Positions 27,449 to 37,389 of a stretch of DNA of 64,000 bases are shown here, in pieces (position 1 is the stretch's first letter; each line of letters opens with the position of its first letter). The stretch is from Candidatus Iainarchaeum sp. (GTDB lineage: Archaea > Iainarchaeota > Iainarchaeia > Iainarchaeales > GCA-2688035), in the NCBI GenBank assembly GCA_017610205.1, contig JAFCCL010000005.1, positions 1 to 64,000 of the forward strand, in the 5' to 3' direction. Below the pieces are notes generated by a model, which was not told where the DNA came from, did no database searches, and saw only the letters and a list, made by a program, of their open reading frames with translations. The translations under genes and the position numbers were made by a program.

Positions 27449-29233
27449 TTAGGTGTAATAGTAATTTCCTTTTTCTTTTTGTTCTCTGTCAAGTACGCTT
27501 TCTTGTTTATTTATTCTGGGTCTTCCGTTTTTTTCTCTTCTCAATGTAATTCCAAGGCTTTTTAGCAAGGCGTTCATTCCGTGTTCCATGTCTGTTGGCA
27601 TGTTTGCAATTCCTTTTTTTGATGGAATTCCGTCAAAGAACATTATTCTGTCAGACAAATAATCGAGGAAAACAAGATCGTGGTCTATAATCAGGGCTGA
27701 AATATCCTTTGTGTTTACAATGTTTCTGATTGCTTTTGTTGCCTTAAGCCTTTGCTCTACATCCAGGTGGGCTGATGGTTCATCCATAAGAATTATGTCT
27801 GCTTTCTGTGAAATGCAGCCTGCAATTGCAACCCTTTGAAGTTCTCCGCCTGATAATGTTTCAAGAGTTTTTTCAAGCAATGGTTCAATTTCAAGCGCGT
27901 GCAATATGTCTGACTTGTATAATTCGCTTCCAAAGTCGTTGCTTTTTTCCCTTAAAAATTCTTCAACGGTTTTTCCCTTTTCAGGAATTAACTGCTGTGG
28001 CTTGTAGGCAATTTTTAGTTTTAAGTCAAACTTGCCTTTGTCTGTTTCAAGCAAGCCTGCAATTATTTTTGCAAAAGTTGTTTTTCCTGTGGCATTTTGT
28101 CCAAGAATTCCTATAACCTCGTTTCTGTTAAGCGTTCCTTTTTTTACTTTAAGTTTGAATTTTCCAAGTGTTTTTTCAAACTCTGGCCATTTGGTCAAAG
28201 CACTTTCTTTTTTTTCTTTTACGCTGGTCTTGTCAGGAAATTCTATTGCATAATCTCTAAACCTGTAATTTTCTTCCTTTGAAAATCCTTCAATATACTC
28301 GTTTATTCCTGCCTTGGTTGTTTTAACCCTGCTTACAATTCCAAAGCATGCTGGCTTTCCATACATTAAGTGTACAAAATCGCTTAAATAATCCAAAATT
28401 ATAAGATCGTGTTCCACAACTATTACCGGAAACTGTTCTGCAATTTCCCTTATGAATTTTGCAACATTTATTCTTTGGCTTATGTCAAGGTATGCTGTTG
28501 GTTCGTCAAAAAAGAACAATTCAGCATCCTTCATTGCAGCTGCTGCAACAGCTACTTTTTGAAGTTCTCCCCCTGAAAGTGTTTCAATTTTGTTTTCCAA
28601 AATTCTTTCAAGTTCAAGCCTTTTCACTACTTTTTCAAAAGAGTTTGTTTCATCTGCTTTTTTCAAAACACTTTCAACATTTTTTTTCCCCTTTAAGATT
28701 TTTGGCAATGCATCAATGCTTTGGGGTTTTACCGCAACCTTTATTTTTTTAAAAGAAATTTTTTCAAAGAATGCTTGTGCTTCCTTTCCCCTAAAATGCT
28801 CTATTATTTTTTCCCAGGATGGTTTTTCTTCAAAATTTCCAAGATTTGGCACAAGCCTTCCTGACAAAATATTTAAAGCAGTGCTTTTTCCCAATCCGTT
28901 CCTTCCAATAAGCCCTACAACATTTTTTTTCTTTGGCAATGGCAACCTGTGAAGCCTGAACAGGTTTTGGCCATACTGGTGAATTGGGTTTCCCAATTGT
29001 ACTGAAAGATTTACAACACTTATTGCTTCAAAGGGGCATTTTGTTTGGCAGATAAGGCAGCCAATGCATAGTTCCTCGCTGATGCTGGGCTTTTCTTCTT
29101 CCTTGTGCGAAATGCATTCTTTTCCTGTGCGGTTAACAGGGCATACGCTTTCGCAATACCAGTTTCCGCACTTTTTTGGATTGCATCTGTCATAATTTAT
29201 TACTGCAATCCTTTGCCTTGAATCCTGTTTCAT
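27449..29233 (-). CDS. rli1: ABCE1/Rli1 ribosome recycling ATPase
   Basis: N-terminal Fe-S Cys clusters, two NBDs with LSGGELQ, GRPRINK. Confidence 0.95.
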   Translation of the reverse strand: MKQDSRQRIAVINYDRCNPKKCGNWYCESVCPVNRTGKECISHKEEEKPSISEELCIGCLICQTKCPFEAISVVNLSVQLGNPIHQYGQNLFRLHRLPLPKKKNVVGLIGRNGLGKSTALNILSGRLVPNLGNFEEKPSWEKIIEHFRGKEAQAFFEKISFKKIKVAVKPQSIDALPKILKGKKNVESVLKKADETNSFEKVVKRLELERILENKIETLSGGELQKVAVAAAAMKDAELFFFDEPTAYLDISQRINVAKFIREIAEQFPVIVVEHDLIILDYLSDFVHLMYGKPACFGIVSRVKTTKAGINEYIEGFSKEENYRFRDYAIEFPDKTSVKEKKESALTKWPEFEKTLGKFKLKVKKGTLNRNEVIGILGQNATGKTTFAKIIAGLLETDKGKFDLKLKIAYKPQQLIPEKGKTVEEFLREKSNDFGSELYKSDILHALEIEPLLEKTLETLSGGELQRVAIAGCISQKADIILMDEPSAHLDVEQRLKATKAIRNIVNTKDISALIIDHDLVFLDYLSDRIMFFDGIPSKKGIANMPTDMEHGMNALLKSLGITLRREKNGRPRINKQESVLDREQKEKGNYYYT

Positions 29234-29285
29234 TGTAAAATAAATTAGAAAAGGAAAGTTAATAAAACTGTTTCAGGCATAGAAC

Positions 29286-29825
29286 CTAGCCAGTTATTTC
29301 TCCACTAATTTCAACACTGTGTCCAAAAGGCAGTTCAGCTGAGTCCTCTATCTTTACTGTGCAGTTACTGCTACTTGGCGTTACTGTTGCAGTTTTGTTA
29401 AAAGAAATCGTTTTCTTGTAATTTATTGTCAAACCTGCTGCTGCGTTACTGCTGCATTCCAAATCAAAGCTGATTAAAGTATTTAATTTGTCACCACTAA
29501 CATCTATATTTGAAGCAGTGCAGTTAATTTTGCCAATTGTACTGTAGTCTGTGGCGTAATGTATAATATAACTTTTGACTCTGGGCGTTATTTTTTCTAT
29601 ATCATAATCGCACGCAACAAATATTTCGTCAACCATTGCGTCAACTGCTCCCTCCATAAGCAAATATTCAACATTTTGTCCCGCCCATTTTGCGTCAAGA
29701 ATGGCGTCTGCTTTTCCCTGGCTTTCTCCTGCCTGTACTGTTGAAGCAATATTAAACGAAACAGCAATTATCATTACAATTGCCGCCAGAGCAATACCTC
29801 CTGAGTAAAGTCCTTTTTTGTTCAT
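29286..29825 (-). CDS. Class III signal-peptide protein (minor pilin-like)
   Basis: MNKKG|LYSGG followed by a hydrophobic helix. Confidence 0.7.
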   Translation of the reverse strand: MNKKGLYSGGIALAAIVMIIAVSFNIASTVQAGESQGKADAILDAKWAGQNVEYLLMEGAVDAMVDEIFVACDYDIEKITPRVKSYIIHYATDYSTIGKINCTASNIDVSGDKLNTLISFDLECSSNAAAGLTINYKKTISFNKTATVTPSSSNCTVKIEDSAELPFGHSVEISGEITG

Positions 29826-30121
29826 GCATCCTCACAAAAAACATTTTTTTCTATTGGTGCAAAAGATCCAATATTTCCGCCGAAGTCAATGGAGTAAACA
29901 ACAACACATTTTCCAAATTCGGCATCAGGATCTATGGTTTCAACACCTGGATTTTCTTCATAAAAATTTATTACTGCACTGTCCCTTGCCTGTTCTGAAA
30001 GATTTTCAAATATCTGGTTTCCTGATTGTGAATCTATTTGATGAGGAATCCACGCAATAAAAAGAATTACTGCAATTAATGCAAGAATTGCATCTGTTGT
30101 GAACATTATTCCTTTCCTCAT
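29822..30121 (-). CDS. Class III signal-peptide protein
   Basis: MRKG|IMFTTDAILAL. Confidence 0.75.
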   Translation of the reverse strand: MRKGIMFTTDAILALIAVILFIAWIPHQIDSQSGNQIFENLSEQARDSAVINFYEENPGVETIDPDAEFGKCVVVYSIDFGGNIGSFAPIEKNVFCEDA

Positions 30122-30540
30122 GCTTTCCACACCCTTACTCCAAGGTCAACAGTACTTCCAATCAAATCATCCATAAATGCTTTCCTTTTTATTTCGACAA
30201 AATCCTCGTTACCCAAAATGCTTTCACCTGCAAGAGTCAACTGGTCTATATTATACTTATATCCTGAATCCGTCAAAAAACCAGTTATTTTTGTAAAATC
30301 AGCGCCTGTATCAACACAGTTCATCAAATGCCCGCCTAGACCATCACTGCATGTTGTTTCATTGCTTGAAACAATAAGGTTTGCTGCAATTTTTGCAACG
30401 TTTCTCATTTCGTTGTACATTCTTTCCTCTTTCATATTGTAGGTGTTAAATTCTGTTGCCTGAATCAATAAACCTACGGCTGCCATTATTACAACCATTG
30501 AAATCAGAAAATCCAGTGAAAATATTTGTCCTTTTTTCAT
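30118..30540 (-). CDS. Class III signal-peptide protein
   Basis: MKKG|QIFSLDFLIS. Confidence 0.8.
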   Translation of the reverse strand: MKKGQIFSLDFLISMVVIMAAVGLLIQATEFNTYNMKEERMYNEMRNVAKIAANLIVSSNETTCSDGLGGHLMNCVDTGADFTKITGFLTDSGYKYNIDQLTLAGESILGNEDFVEIKRKAFMDDLIGSTVDLGVRVWKA

Positions 30541-30545
30541 TCAAA

Positions 30546-30977
30546 TCACGTTTTTGTTATTGCAAGCCTTTCGCCGCATTCAATTTCAGTTGGAACCTTC
30601 ATTAAAGGCGGAACAACATATTGCTTTGTAACATTTACCTGAGTGCTTGTTCCTGTTTCAAGGTCAAAAATGTTGTAAAACAAGGTAATAGTTCCTGTCG
30701 TGTCATCTATTGCAATTGTACATGGTTGTGGTGTTTCCTCTCCTGGCACCAAAAGGAACGGGACATCAAAGTAAATGCTTGCTGTTGCAGAATCGTTGAG
30801 CACTGCGGAATTTGAGATAACTGCTGACAAGCCGTTTCCTATGTTATTCAACTGCTGCCTTATGCTTGCCTGCGATTGCATTTCTCCTATTTGTGTATTA
30901 ACTGCAATAACTCCTCCTATTGCAAAAAATCCTATTGTTATTGCAAGAATTAAATCCAGTGAAATTTGCCCGCGCAT
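30546..30977 (-). CDS. Class III signal-peptide protein
   Basis: MRG|QISLDLILA. Confidence 0.8.
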   Translation of the reverse strand: MRGQISLDLILAITIGFFAIGGVIAVNTQIGEMQSQASIRQQLNNIGNGLSAVISNSAVLNDSATASIYFDVPFLLVPGEETPQPCTIAIDDTTGTITLFYNIFDLETGTSTQVNVTKQYVVPPLMKVPTEIECGERLAITKT

Positions 30978-31010
30978 TCATTCTATTATAAGTTTAGTGA
31001 TATTTAAAGA

Positions 31011-32525
31011 TTAGTATTGCAAAAGGCTTTTTCCAGTCATTTCTTTGGGCTTTTTAATATTCATTATTTTTAAAACAGTTGGGGCAATGTCTTTTAGCCC
31101 TCCGTTTTTCTTAAGTTTGCAGTTTCTAATCTTTTTGTCTGCTGAAACAATTATGAGTGGAACCTTGTTTATTGTATGAGACGTAGCCCATTTGGGGCTT
31201 TGGTCTTCAAGGTTTCCGTGGTCTGCAAACACAAGCAAAGTGTAATCTTTTTCAAGCCCTGCCTTAACTATTTTTCCAAGGCATTTGTCAACTGTTTCAG
31301 CAGCTTTTACACAGGCTTTCCAGATTCCTGTGTGTCCCACGAGATCTCCGTTGACAAGGTTTACAACAATGAATCCAAATTTTCTTTTGTTTATTTCTGC
31401 AACAAGCTTTTCAGTAACCTTGAAAGCACTCATCTCTGGCTTAAGGTCGTAAGTTGCAACTTTTGGAGAATTGATAAGAATCCTTTCTTCTCCCTTTTCT
31501 GGTTTTTCCTTTTGGCCGTTGAAGAAAAATGTCACGTGTGCATATTTTTCTGTTTCAGAAATTCTCAGCTGGCTTACTCCTTTTCTGCTCAGCACCTGCC
31601 CCAAAAGCTTTTCATGCACTATTCCTTCAAATGCAACTTCTGCATTCATTGGCTTGTAATATGATGTCATTGCAACAAACAGGGCATGCAACGGCTTCCT
31701 TTTCCAGCCTTCAAATTTATTTTCAACAATTGCTTTGGTTAACTGCCTTGTCCTATCAGTTCTAAAGTTGAAGAAAACAACACTGTCCTTGTTCTTTATT
31801 CCTTCATAGCCTTTTCTTTTCTCGGGTTTTATGAACTCGTCTGTTTCTCCTTTTTTATAGCATTCAAGCAGTGCATTTTCAGGATTTTCAAATTCACATT
31901 CAGATTTTCCAAGGACAATGCAATCATATGCCTTTTTTGTCCTGTTCCATCTTTTATCCCTATCCATTGCATAATATCTTCCGGAAATTGTTGCAATTTT
32001 TCCGGTTCCAATCTCTTTAATTTTGCGCCTAAGTTTTTTCAAATGCACGATTCCGTTTTTAGGAGGCGCGTCTCTTCCATCTATTATTGCATGAACAAGC
32101 ACTTTTTTGAGTCCTTTTCTTTTGCAGAGTTTAAGCAATGCATACAAATGATTTTCGTGTGAATGAACGCCTTCGCTTTGAAGCAATCCCATCAAGTGCA
32201 TTGTGCTCTTGTTCTTTTTGCAGTTTTTAACTGCCTTTAGAAATGCCTTGTTTTTGAAAAATTCTCCCGATTCAATTGCCTTGTTTATTCTAATCATCGG
32301 CTGTAAAATTATTCTTCCGCTTCCAATTGTTAAATGTCCAACCTCGCTGTTTCCCTGAAATCCTTTTGGAAGGCCAACAGCTTGCCCTGAAGTATTTAAC
32401 AGAGTGTGCGAGTATTTTCTTGTAAGCATGTCAGTATTTTTTGTGTCGGCTGCCTTAATTGCATTCTTTTCTTTTTTTTGGTTAAATCCCCATCCATCCC
32501 TTATTACCAGAATAACTTTTTTCAT
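31011..32525 (-). CDS. gpmI: 2,3-BPG-independent phosphoglycerate mutase (bacterial GpmI type)
   Basis: DGWG, GNSEVGH, GRYYAMDRD, ETEKYAHVTFFFNG, ADHGN. Confidence 0.95.
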   Translation of the reverse strand: MKKVILVIRDGWGFNQKKEKNAIKAADTKNTDMLTRKYSHTLLNTSGQAVGLPKGFQGNSEVGHLTIGSGRIILQPMIRINKAIESGEFFKNKAFLKAVKNCKKNKSTMHLMGLLQSEGVHSHENHLYALLKLCKRKGLKKVLVHAIIDGRDAPPKNGIVHLKKLRRKIKEIGTGKIATISGRYYAMDRDKRWNRTKKAYDCIVLGKSECEFENPENALLECYKKGETDEFIKPEKRKGYEGIKNKDSVVFFNFRTDRTRQLTKAIVENKFEGWKRKPLHALFVAMTSYYKPMNAEVAFEGIVHEKLLGQVLSRKGVSQLRISETEKYAHVTFFFNGQKEKPEKGEERILINSPKVATYDLKPEMSAFKVTEKLVAEINKRKFGFIVVNLVNGDLVGHTGIWKACVKAAETVDKCLGKIVKAGLEKDYTLLVFADHGNLEDQSPKWATSHTINKVPLIIVSADKKIRNCKLKKNGGLKDIAPTVLKIMNIKKPKEMTGKSLLQY

Positions 32526-32559
32526 TCAATCACTTTTCCTGTTTCCAACTTCCTGTTTC

Positions 32560-32928
32560 TCATTCAATCACTTTCATTTCAATTTCTTTGCCTGTTTTGT
32601 TAAATGCCTTAAAGGAATCAAAATTAAATGGGCTGGCAATAATTAAATGAATTTCACCCATTGCCCGAAAAGCCCTTAAGTCAGCTCTGCTTGGCATTGC
32701 CCTGCCTATTGGGTGTGAGTGTACGCTTCCTACAATGTTGTTGTCGTATGGAACCAAATCAAGCCTTATGGTGCTGAATGTTTTTCCATAAATTGCCGGA
32801 AGCAAAACATATTCATCAATTACACCGTTTTTTTTCTTGCTTGAAAGCAATGCCAAAAATTCGTCAGGAAAAGTATTTTTTGCCGCAAGTGAGATTGCTT
32901 CAAGTGTTCTGCTTTTAATAGATGCCAT
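32560..32928 (-). CDS. JAB/MPN+ metalloprotease
   Basis: PDEF...HSHPIGRAMPSRADL JAMM motif. Confidence 0.9.
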   Translation of the reverse strand: MASIKSRTLEAISLAAKNTFPDEFLALLSSKKKNGVIDEYVLLPAIYGKTFSTIRLDLVPYDNNIVGSVHSHPIGRAMPSRADLRAFRAMGEIHLIIASPFNFDSFKAFNKTGKEIEMKVIE

Positions 32929-32982
32929 TGTATGCCTTAAGACAAAACTCTTATTTTAACCTATTTGTTGCCTAAACCTTTT

Positions 32983-34179
32983 TCACCAAAATGGCAGATA
33001 ACGTATTATTGTTGGAACCATTAGGAAAGCCATTGAGTTTGACCTTTTAATTCCCAAATTTGCAGCAGCCAATCCTGTCAATGCTGCAACAGAGTAAAAG
33101 GCAATTCCAAGCAATCCTGAAAAGAAAAAAACAAGCGCTGTAACAAAGCACAGTATTGCAAGGTTTGCTTTTCTGTAATTGATTAGTTGCATTAGCTTTA
33201 ATGCCTTTGATGCAACAAGGTTTGTTGCAATTGCGCCAAAGCCAAGTGCCAAAAGGCAGGCGCTTGCCACAAGGCCTAATTCCGTTGCTCCAAATGAAGA
33301 AACCTGACTTATTGCCACAGCGCTTCCTGTTCTTGCCTTTCCCAATGCAAACAGTACAAAAAATGAAAAAATCATTGTTGCAGTATTAACTCCGCCTAAA
33401 AGAATGAGATATTCTTCCTGTTTGATTTTTCCAATTGCTTTTCTTGCAATAAATGCAGCCTGGCTTGCTCCAATTCCCGGAAGTATTGAAACAAGGCTTC
33501 CTCCTGCAAGTGCAAGAAGAGATCCTTTGAACACCCTGCTTTTTTTGATTGAAATTTTTTCACTAACCTGCTCTGCAATTGCAGGCTTTTTGATAATACT
33601 GTCAATCAATGTGCTTGCTCCGAAAAATCCTGTTGCAAGGCAAAACAAAGGTTCTTTTAGTGGAAGCGCACTGTTTAATGCAATCAATCCAAGCAATCCG
33701 CTTGCAGTAACAATTGTTGCTGTCCAAATAATTTTTCTGCTTTTTTCTGCCAAAATCATTGAGGCAAGAATTGCAATAAGTACAAACGGAATGGCTGTTG
33801 AAATAATTTCGTATCCGTTGTTTGCTATTGCAACAAAGAAAGGTGAAATTGCAAGAGCGGCAATTCCTGTAAAAAGCCCGCCTGCAACAGTGAGCTTTAC
33901 TGCTGTAAGGCCTTTTCCCTGCAAAAGCATTCTGTGTCCTGGAAGTACTCCCAAAAAGGTGTCTGAATCAGGTGCACCAAACAAAATGCTTGGAATAAAA
34001 TCCACAAAAGTGTGCACTACACTCATGCATGCAATGAACACAATAAAAAACTGGTTGTTCAATCCAGGGATTGTAAGTGCAACAAGCGAAATTGTATTTA
34101 CATGCAGTCCTGGTACAAGCCCTGTTGCAATTCCGGCAAAGCAGCCGCCTACTGCTGCCAAAAGCACCCCTATTTCCAT
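32983..34179 (-). CDS. Archaeal TctA/DUF112 multi-pass membrane protein
   Basis: GLVPGLHVN, FIPSILFGAPD, LPGHRMLLQGKG, PGIGASQAA. Confidence 0.88.
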   Translation of the reverse strand: MEIGVLLAAVGGCFAGIATGLVPGLHVNTISLVALTIPGLNNQFFIVFIACMSVVHTFVDFIPSILFGAPDSDTFLGVLPGHRMLLQGKGLTAVKLTVAGGLFTGIAALAISPFFVAIANNGYEIISTAIPFVLIAILASMILAEKSRKIIWTATIVTASGLLGLIALNSALPLKEPLFCLATGFFGASTLIDSIIKKPAIAEQVSEKISIKKSRVFKGSLLALAGGSLVSILPGIGASQAAFIARKAIGKIKQEEYLILLGGVNTATMIFSFFVLFALGKARTGSAVAISQVSSFGATELGLVASACLLALGFGAIATNLVASKALKLMQLINYRKANLAILCFVTALVFFFSGLLGIAFYSVAALTGLAAANLGIKRSNSMAFLMVPTIIRYLPFW

Positions 34180-34263
34180 TCATTCACCTTTTTCCACCTC
34201 TGCCTTATTTCCATTCATTCACCTTTTCCAGCCTTTGCCTTATTTCCATTCACTCACCTTTTC
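34171..34263. repeat. 35-bp triplication of the OB-fold/tctA gene junction
   Basis: TATTTCCATTCAYTCACCTTTT at 34171, 34206, 34241. Confidence 0.9.
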
Positions 34264-34593
34264 AACAACAAGTTCGAGTTCTCCTTTGTAAATTTGAATT
34301 TTTCCTTCAAGGATTGCAATCATTCCTTTTTCAAGCTGGGGGAATTTTTCAGCTTCAAACGAAATTGCCTTTATTTTTCCTGTTCCGTCATAAAGCTGCA
34401 TAAATGCAATGCCCTGCCTTTGGCTAAATGATTCAATTCTTGCCTTTACCTTTACATACAAGCCTTGGTCCTCTGCCTTTATTTCCAAAATTTTCAGCTC
34501 TTTTGGTTCAATTGTTTCAGAGGTTGCAAAAAGAAGTGCAATTCCAATAATTGAAGCAAGCAATGCAATAAGCGCAATTCTTTCCTGCTTCAT
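34240..34593 (-). CDS. Membrane-anchored OB-fold nucleic-acid-binding protein
   Basis: N-terminal TM helix; LYDGTGKIKAISF, GKIQIYKGELELVV. Confidence 0.82.
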   Translation of the reverse strand: MKQERIALIALLASIIGIALLFATSETIEPKELKILEIKAEDQGLYVKVKARIESFSQRQGIAFMQLYDGTGKIKAISFEAEKFPQLEKGMIAILEGKIQIYKGELELVVEKVSEWK

Positions 34594-34655
34594 AATTTAG
34601 GCTTGTCCTTGCCTGTGCTTAAAAAAAGTTTTGTTTTTTCGCTTTTCAACGAAAG

Positions 34656-35024
34656 CTAGCTGCAGTTAGCTGAATTATTTTGTACTATGCTTACAGTGTC
34701 TGGTTCATAACCTGTTGTGTTTTCCACAATCTCTTCTATGGCGTCAGTGTCAAGGATATTGTCTACCGGGTCAAGCATTATGCAAAAGCATATTACTTCT
34801 GTTCCTCCAGCACAACTTGTTTCTGCTTTGTATCCTATTTCTTCTATAAAATATTGGTAGTTGGTTGCGTCAAGCTGTTTCAGTGTTTCAACTTCTATTA
34901 TTTCCAAAGCCATTGTAGGGCTCATTATTCTTGTGTAGTATCCTAAAACGCTTATGCTCATCATTATGATAATGCTTGCAAGAAGCAGTGTTTCAATGCT
35001 TACCTGTCCTTTTTCTTTTTTCAT
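34656..35024 (-). CDS. Class III signal-peptide pilin-like protein
   Basis: KKEKG|QVSIETLL. Confidence 0.82.
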   Translation of the reverse strand: MKKEKGQVSIETLLLASIIIMMSISVLGYYTRIMSPTMALEIIEVETLKQLDATNYQYFIEEIGYKAETSCAGGTEVICFCIMLDPVDNILDTDAIEEIVENTTGYEPDTVSIVQNNSANCS

Positions 35025-35030
35025 TGGCTT

Positions 35031-35537
35031 TCAGCTCACTGTAACTCCTGCCAGCCCTCCTTTTTCTACCACAAAATTTTTGAATATTGGTCCTGTGATG
35101 TTGAATGTGGTGCCTGCTCCGGAAATAAGGCTTATGGTGGAAGTGCATTTGTAACAGGTAGCCGCACCATTTGGGCATTCTCCTGCTGCAATTATCTCAG
35201 TACAGTTTATTTCGTCAGGATTGCCTCCTCCTGCGTCAACATAGGCAATTAATGAAATTTCATCTACTCCTGCAGTGCCGGAAATTTCTGCACCAAATGG
35301 TAATAAAACTCTTATAGTTTTTTTCATGTAGCCGCTTGAAGATTCTGCTTCGTTCAAGGCGTTTGCAAGTTTCATTGCCGAAATCTTTGTGTCTGAAATG
35401 TCTTTGACATCTTCTGCTGCATTTGTTGAATCAAGAACAATTGGCCATACAACGCTTGTTATGTAAAACAATGCAATGGTTATAATTAGTATAAATTCAA
35501 TGCTTACCTGTCCTTTTCTGCTTAAAGCCAAAACCAA
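35031..35537 (-). CDS. Class III signal-peptide pilin-like protein
   Basis: SRKG|QVSIEFIL. Confidence 0.82.
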   Translation of the reverse strand: MVLALSRKGQVSIEFILIITIALFYITSVVWPIVLDSTNAAEDVKDISDTKISAMKLANALNEAESSSGYMKKTIRVLLPFGAEISGTAGVDEISLIAYVDAGGGNPDEINCTEIIAAGECPNGAATCYKCTSTISLISGAGTTFNITGPIFKNFVVEKGGLAGVTVS

Positions 35538-36640
35538 ATCACGTCTCCTACTATGTTTAATGCAATGTATGCAATCAAAACTGCTGGAACAAAGGGCGCG
35601 CTTTCTTTTACAAGCAACCTGTCAGGAATCCTTTTTTCTTCTGCAAGTTTTTTGAGCCTGCTTATTTGCTTTTCTGTAAGTCCTGCGGCAGATTTGCTTG
35701 AAACTATTTCTTTTCCCTTTGGTTTCATCAGTTCAATTGCTTTGCCAAACCTATTTGATGCAAAGTACTTAATTAATTTTTTTATTCCCATTTCCTGCAC
35801 TATTTTGACCTTTTTTCCATTTTGCACAATGGTTTGTCCAGAAATCATTCCTTCCTCCAATTCTTTAATTTTCACTGGCTTTCTCATCAAAATTTTTGAA
35901 AGTGAGTAAAGCTTTAGCAAAAACCATGTTCCAAGAAGGAAGCAGAACAGGATTGCAAACTCTTCAGCTGCAGTTTTTGCATTAATTGACAGCGCGGCAA
36001 TTAATACAATGCCTGCCAATGCTGCCCTTGGCTTTTCTGGAACAAACACTGAAGCAAAAAGCAGTGGGAGCACAAGCAATGGTGTTATTTCAAAGAATGA
36101 GAGAGTGGAACCAAAGCCTATTGCAAGGGCTGCAAGTTCAATAATTTCAATTAATCTTTTTTTGAAATCCTGTGCAAATTTTTCTTTTTCAATTTTGTTC
36201 TTCAAAAGCCTTGTTGCTGCAAGAATTGCTCCATATGGAAGCATTGCAAAAAGGCTGAACATAAAAAGCGTTAATGGAAACACTGGAGTGCTTATTGGTG
36301 CAAAGGCTGGGAGGGAAACCATTCCCAGCCTTGAAAGAATTGCAGGATTTACCGGATTTAATGCTGCAAGCCCTGCAAAAAGTTTTACGTCTCCGCCTGC
36401 CCAGACTCCCATTCTGTAAAGCCAGTATGCTGCTGCAAAAGTTATTGCGGTTACTGCAATTGCCCACGCCAGTATTGTCCAGTCGCCTGCAGCAAATGCA
36501 ATAACCGCGTGGCCTGCAATTCCTATAACTATCATTCCATAGGTTATTTTGTTGCTTATCATTCTTTCCTTAAAATCGGTGTAGGTGCCGTAGCCAAGCC
36601 CTGCAATTGAAATAAAAAAGAAAAAAAGATAAGGGATCAT
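35522..36640 (-). CDS. Prepilin peptidase (A24, EppA-like)
   Basis: YTDFKERMI, WAGGDVKL, APFVPA; extra TM segments. Confidence 0.9.
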   Translation of the reverse strand: MIPYLFFFFISIAGLGYGTYTDFKERMISNKITYGMIVIGIAGHAVIAFAAGDWTILAWAIAVTAITFAAAYWLYRMGVWAGGDVKLFAGLAALNPVNPAILSRLGMVSLPAFAPISTPVFPLTLFMFSLFAMLPYGAILAATRLLKNKIEKEKFAQDFKKRLIEIIELAALAIGFGSTLSFFEITPLLVLPLLFASVFVPEKPRAALAGIVLIAALSINAKTAAEEFAILFCFLLGTWFLLKLYSLSKILMRKPVKIKELEEGMISGQTIVQNGKKVKIVQEMGIKKLIKYFASNRFGKAIELMKPKGKEIVSSKSAAGLTEKQISRLKKLAEEKRIPDRLLVKESAPFVPAVLIAYIALNIVGDVIWFWL

Positions 36641-36654
36641 TTTTTAGGCCCCTG

Positions 36655-36828
36655 TCAGCTTCTCAGCATGGAAGCAATTGTCTGGCTTCTGTACTCAAGG
36701 ATTCTTCCCTGTGCTGTCTGTGCAACTGCGCTGATTCCGTCAATAAGCATTGCTGCAACCATTGCAAGCGTTATTCCAAACAACGCCAGTAACAAATACT
36801 CTATTGAAACCTGCGCCTTATTGTCCAT
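36655..36828 (-). CDS. Small class III signal-peptide pilin
   Basis: MDNKA|QVSIEYLL. Confidence 0.8.
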   Translation of the reverse strand: MDNKAQVSIEYLLLALFGITLAMVAAMLIDGISAVAQTAQGRILEYRSQTIASMLRS

Positions 36829-36853
36829 AGAAAAACACTTTGTTACTATGTTG

Positions 36854-37138
36854 TTAATCAACCTCTGCAGCACAACTTGCCATATCTGCTTGACCTGTTG
36901 CATCAGTTAAGCCATCTATCTGTTTTGCAACACAGTTCCAGGTTTCAGAACCGCTTGTAAATCCTGTGTCGGCATTACATACTGCGAACTGGCTGTGGGT
37001 TGCGCATCGTACGTTTGCCCCTGGATCTGGTGTTGTTCCTGGTATCCCTGTTACAAGTGCTATCACAATTGCTGCTACTAGTACTGCGCCTCCGATTAGG
37101 AGAAGGTATTCCAATGCGCCTTGACCTTTTATATTCAT
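36854..37138 (-). CDS. Pilin (candidate major pilin)
   Basis: MNIKG|QGALEYLLLIGG; strong SD GGAGGT and own TATA-like TTTATAAA near 37193. Confidence 0.85.
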   Translation of the reverse strand: MNIKGQGALEYLLLIGGAVLVAAIVIALVTGIPGTTPDPGANVRCATHSQFAVCNADTGFTSGSETWNCVAKQIDGLTDATGQADMASCAAEVD

Positions 37139-37208
37139 TTCATTTTACCTCCTTGAGTTTTGTTTTAATTGTATTTTATTTAATTTTTGTAATTTATAAA
37201 CGTTTCTT

Positions 37209-37373
37209 TTAAGGTGTTGCTGCTTCTCCTGCCTTGATGTTTGCCTGGTTTGCTGCTTCTGCCGCTGCATTTTTTAGAAGCACTCCTACAATGCTTACAA
37301 GTACTATTGCGCCTGCGATTAGTACAAGCATTTCAATGCTTCCCTGAGCCTTTTTCTCTTTTAAAAAACCCAT
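37209..37373 (-). CDS. Small class III signal-peptide pilin
   Basis: KEKKA|QGSIEMLVL. Confidence 0.8.
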   Translation of the reverse strand: MGFLKEKKAQGSIEMLVLIAGAIVLVSIVGVLLKNAAAEAANQANIKAGEAATP

Positions 37374-37389
37374 TTTTTTCACCTTATTA

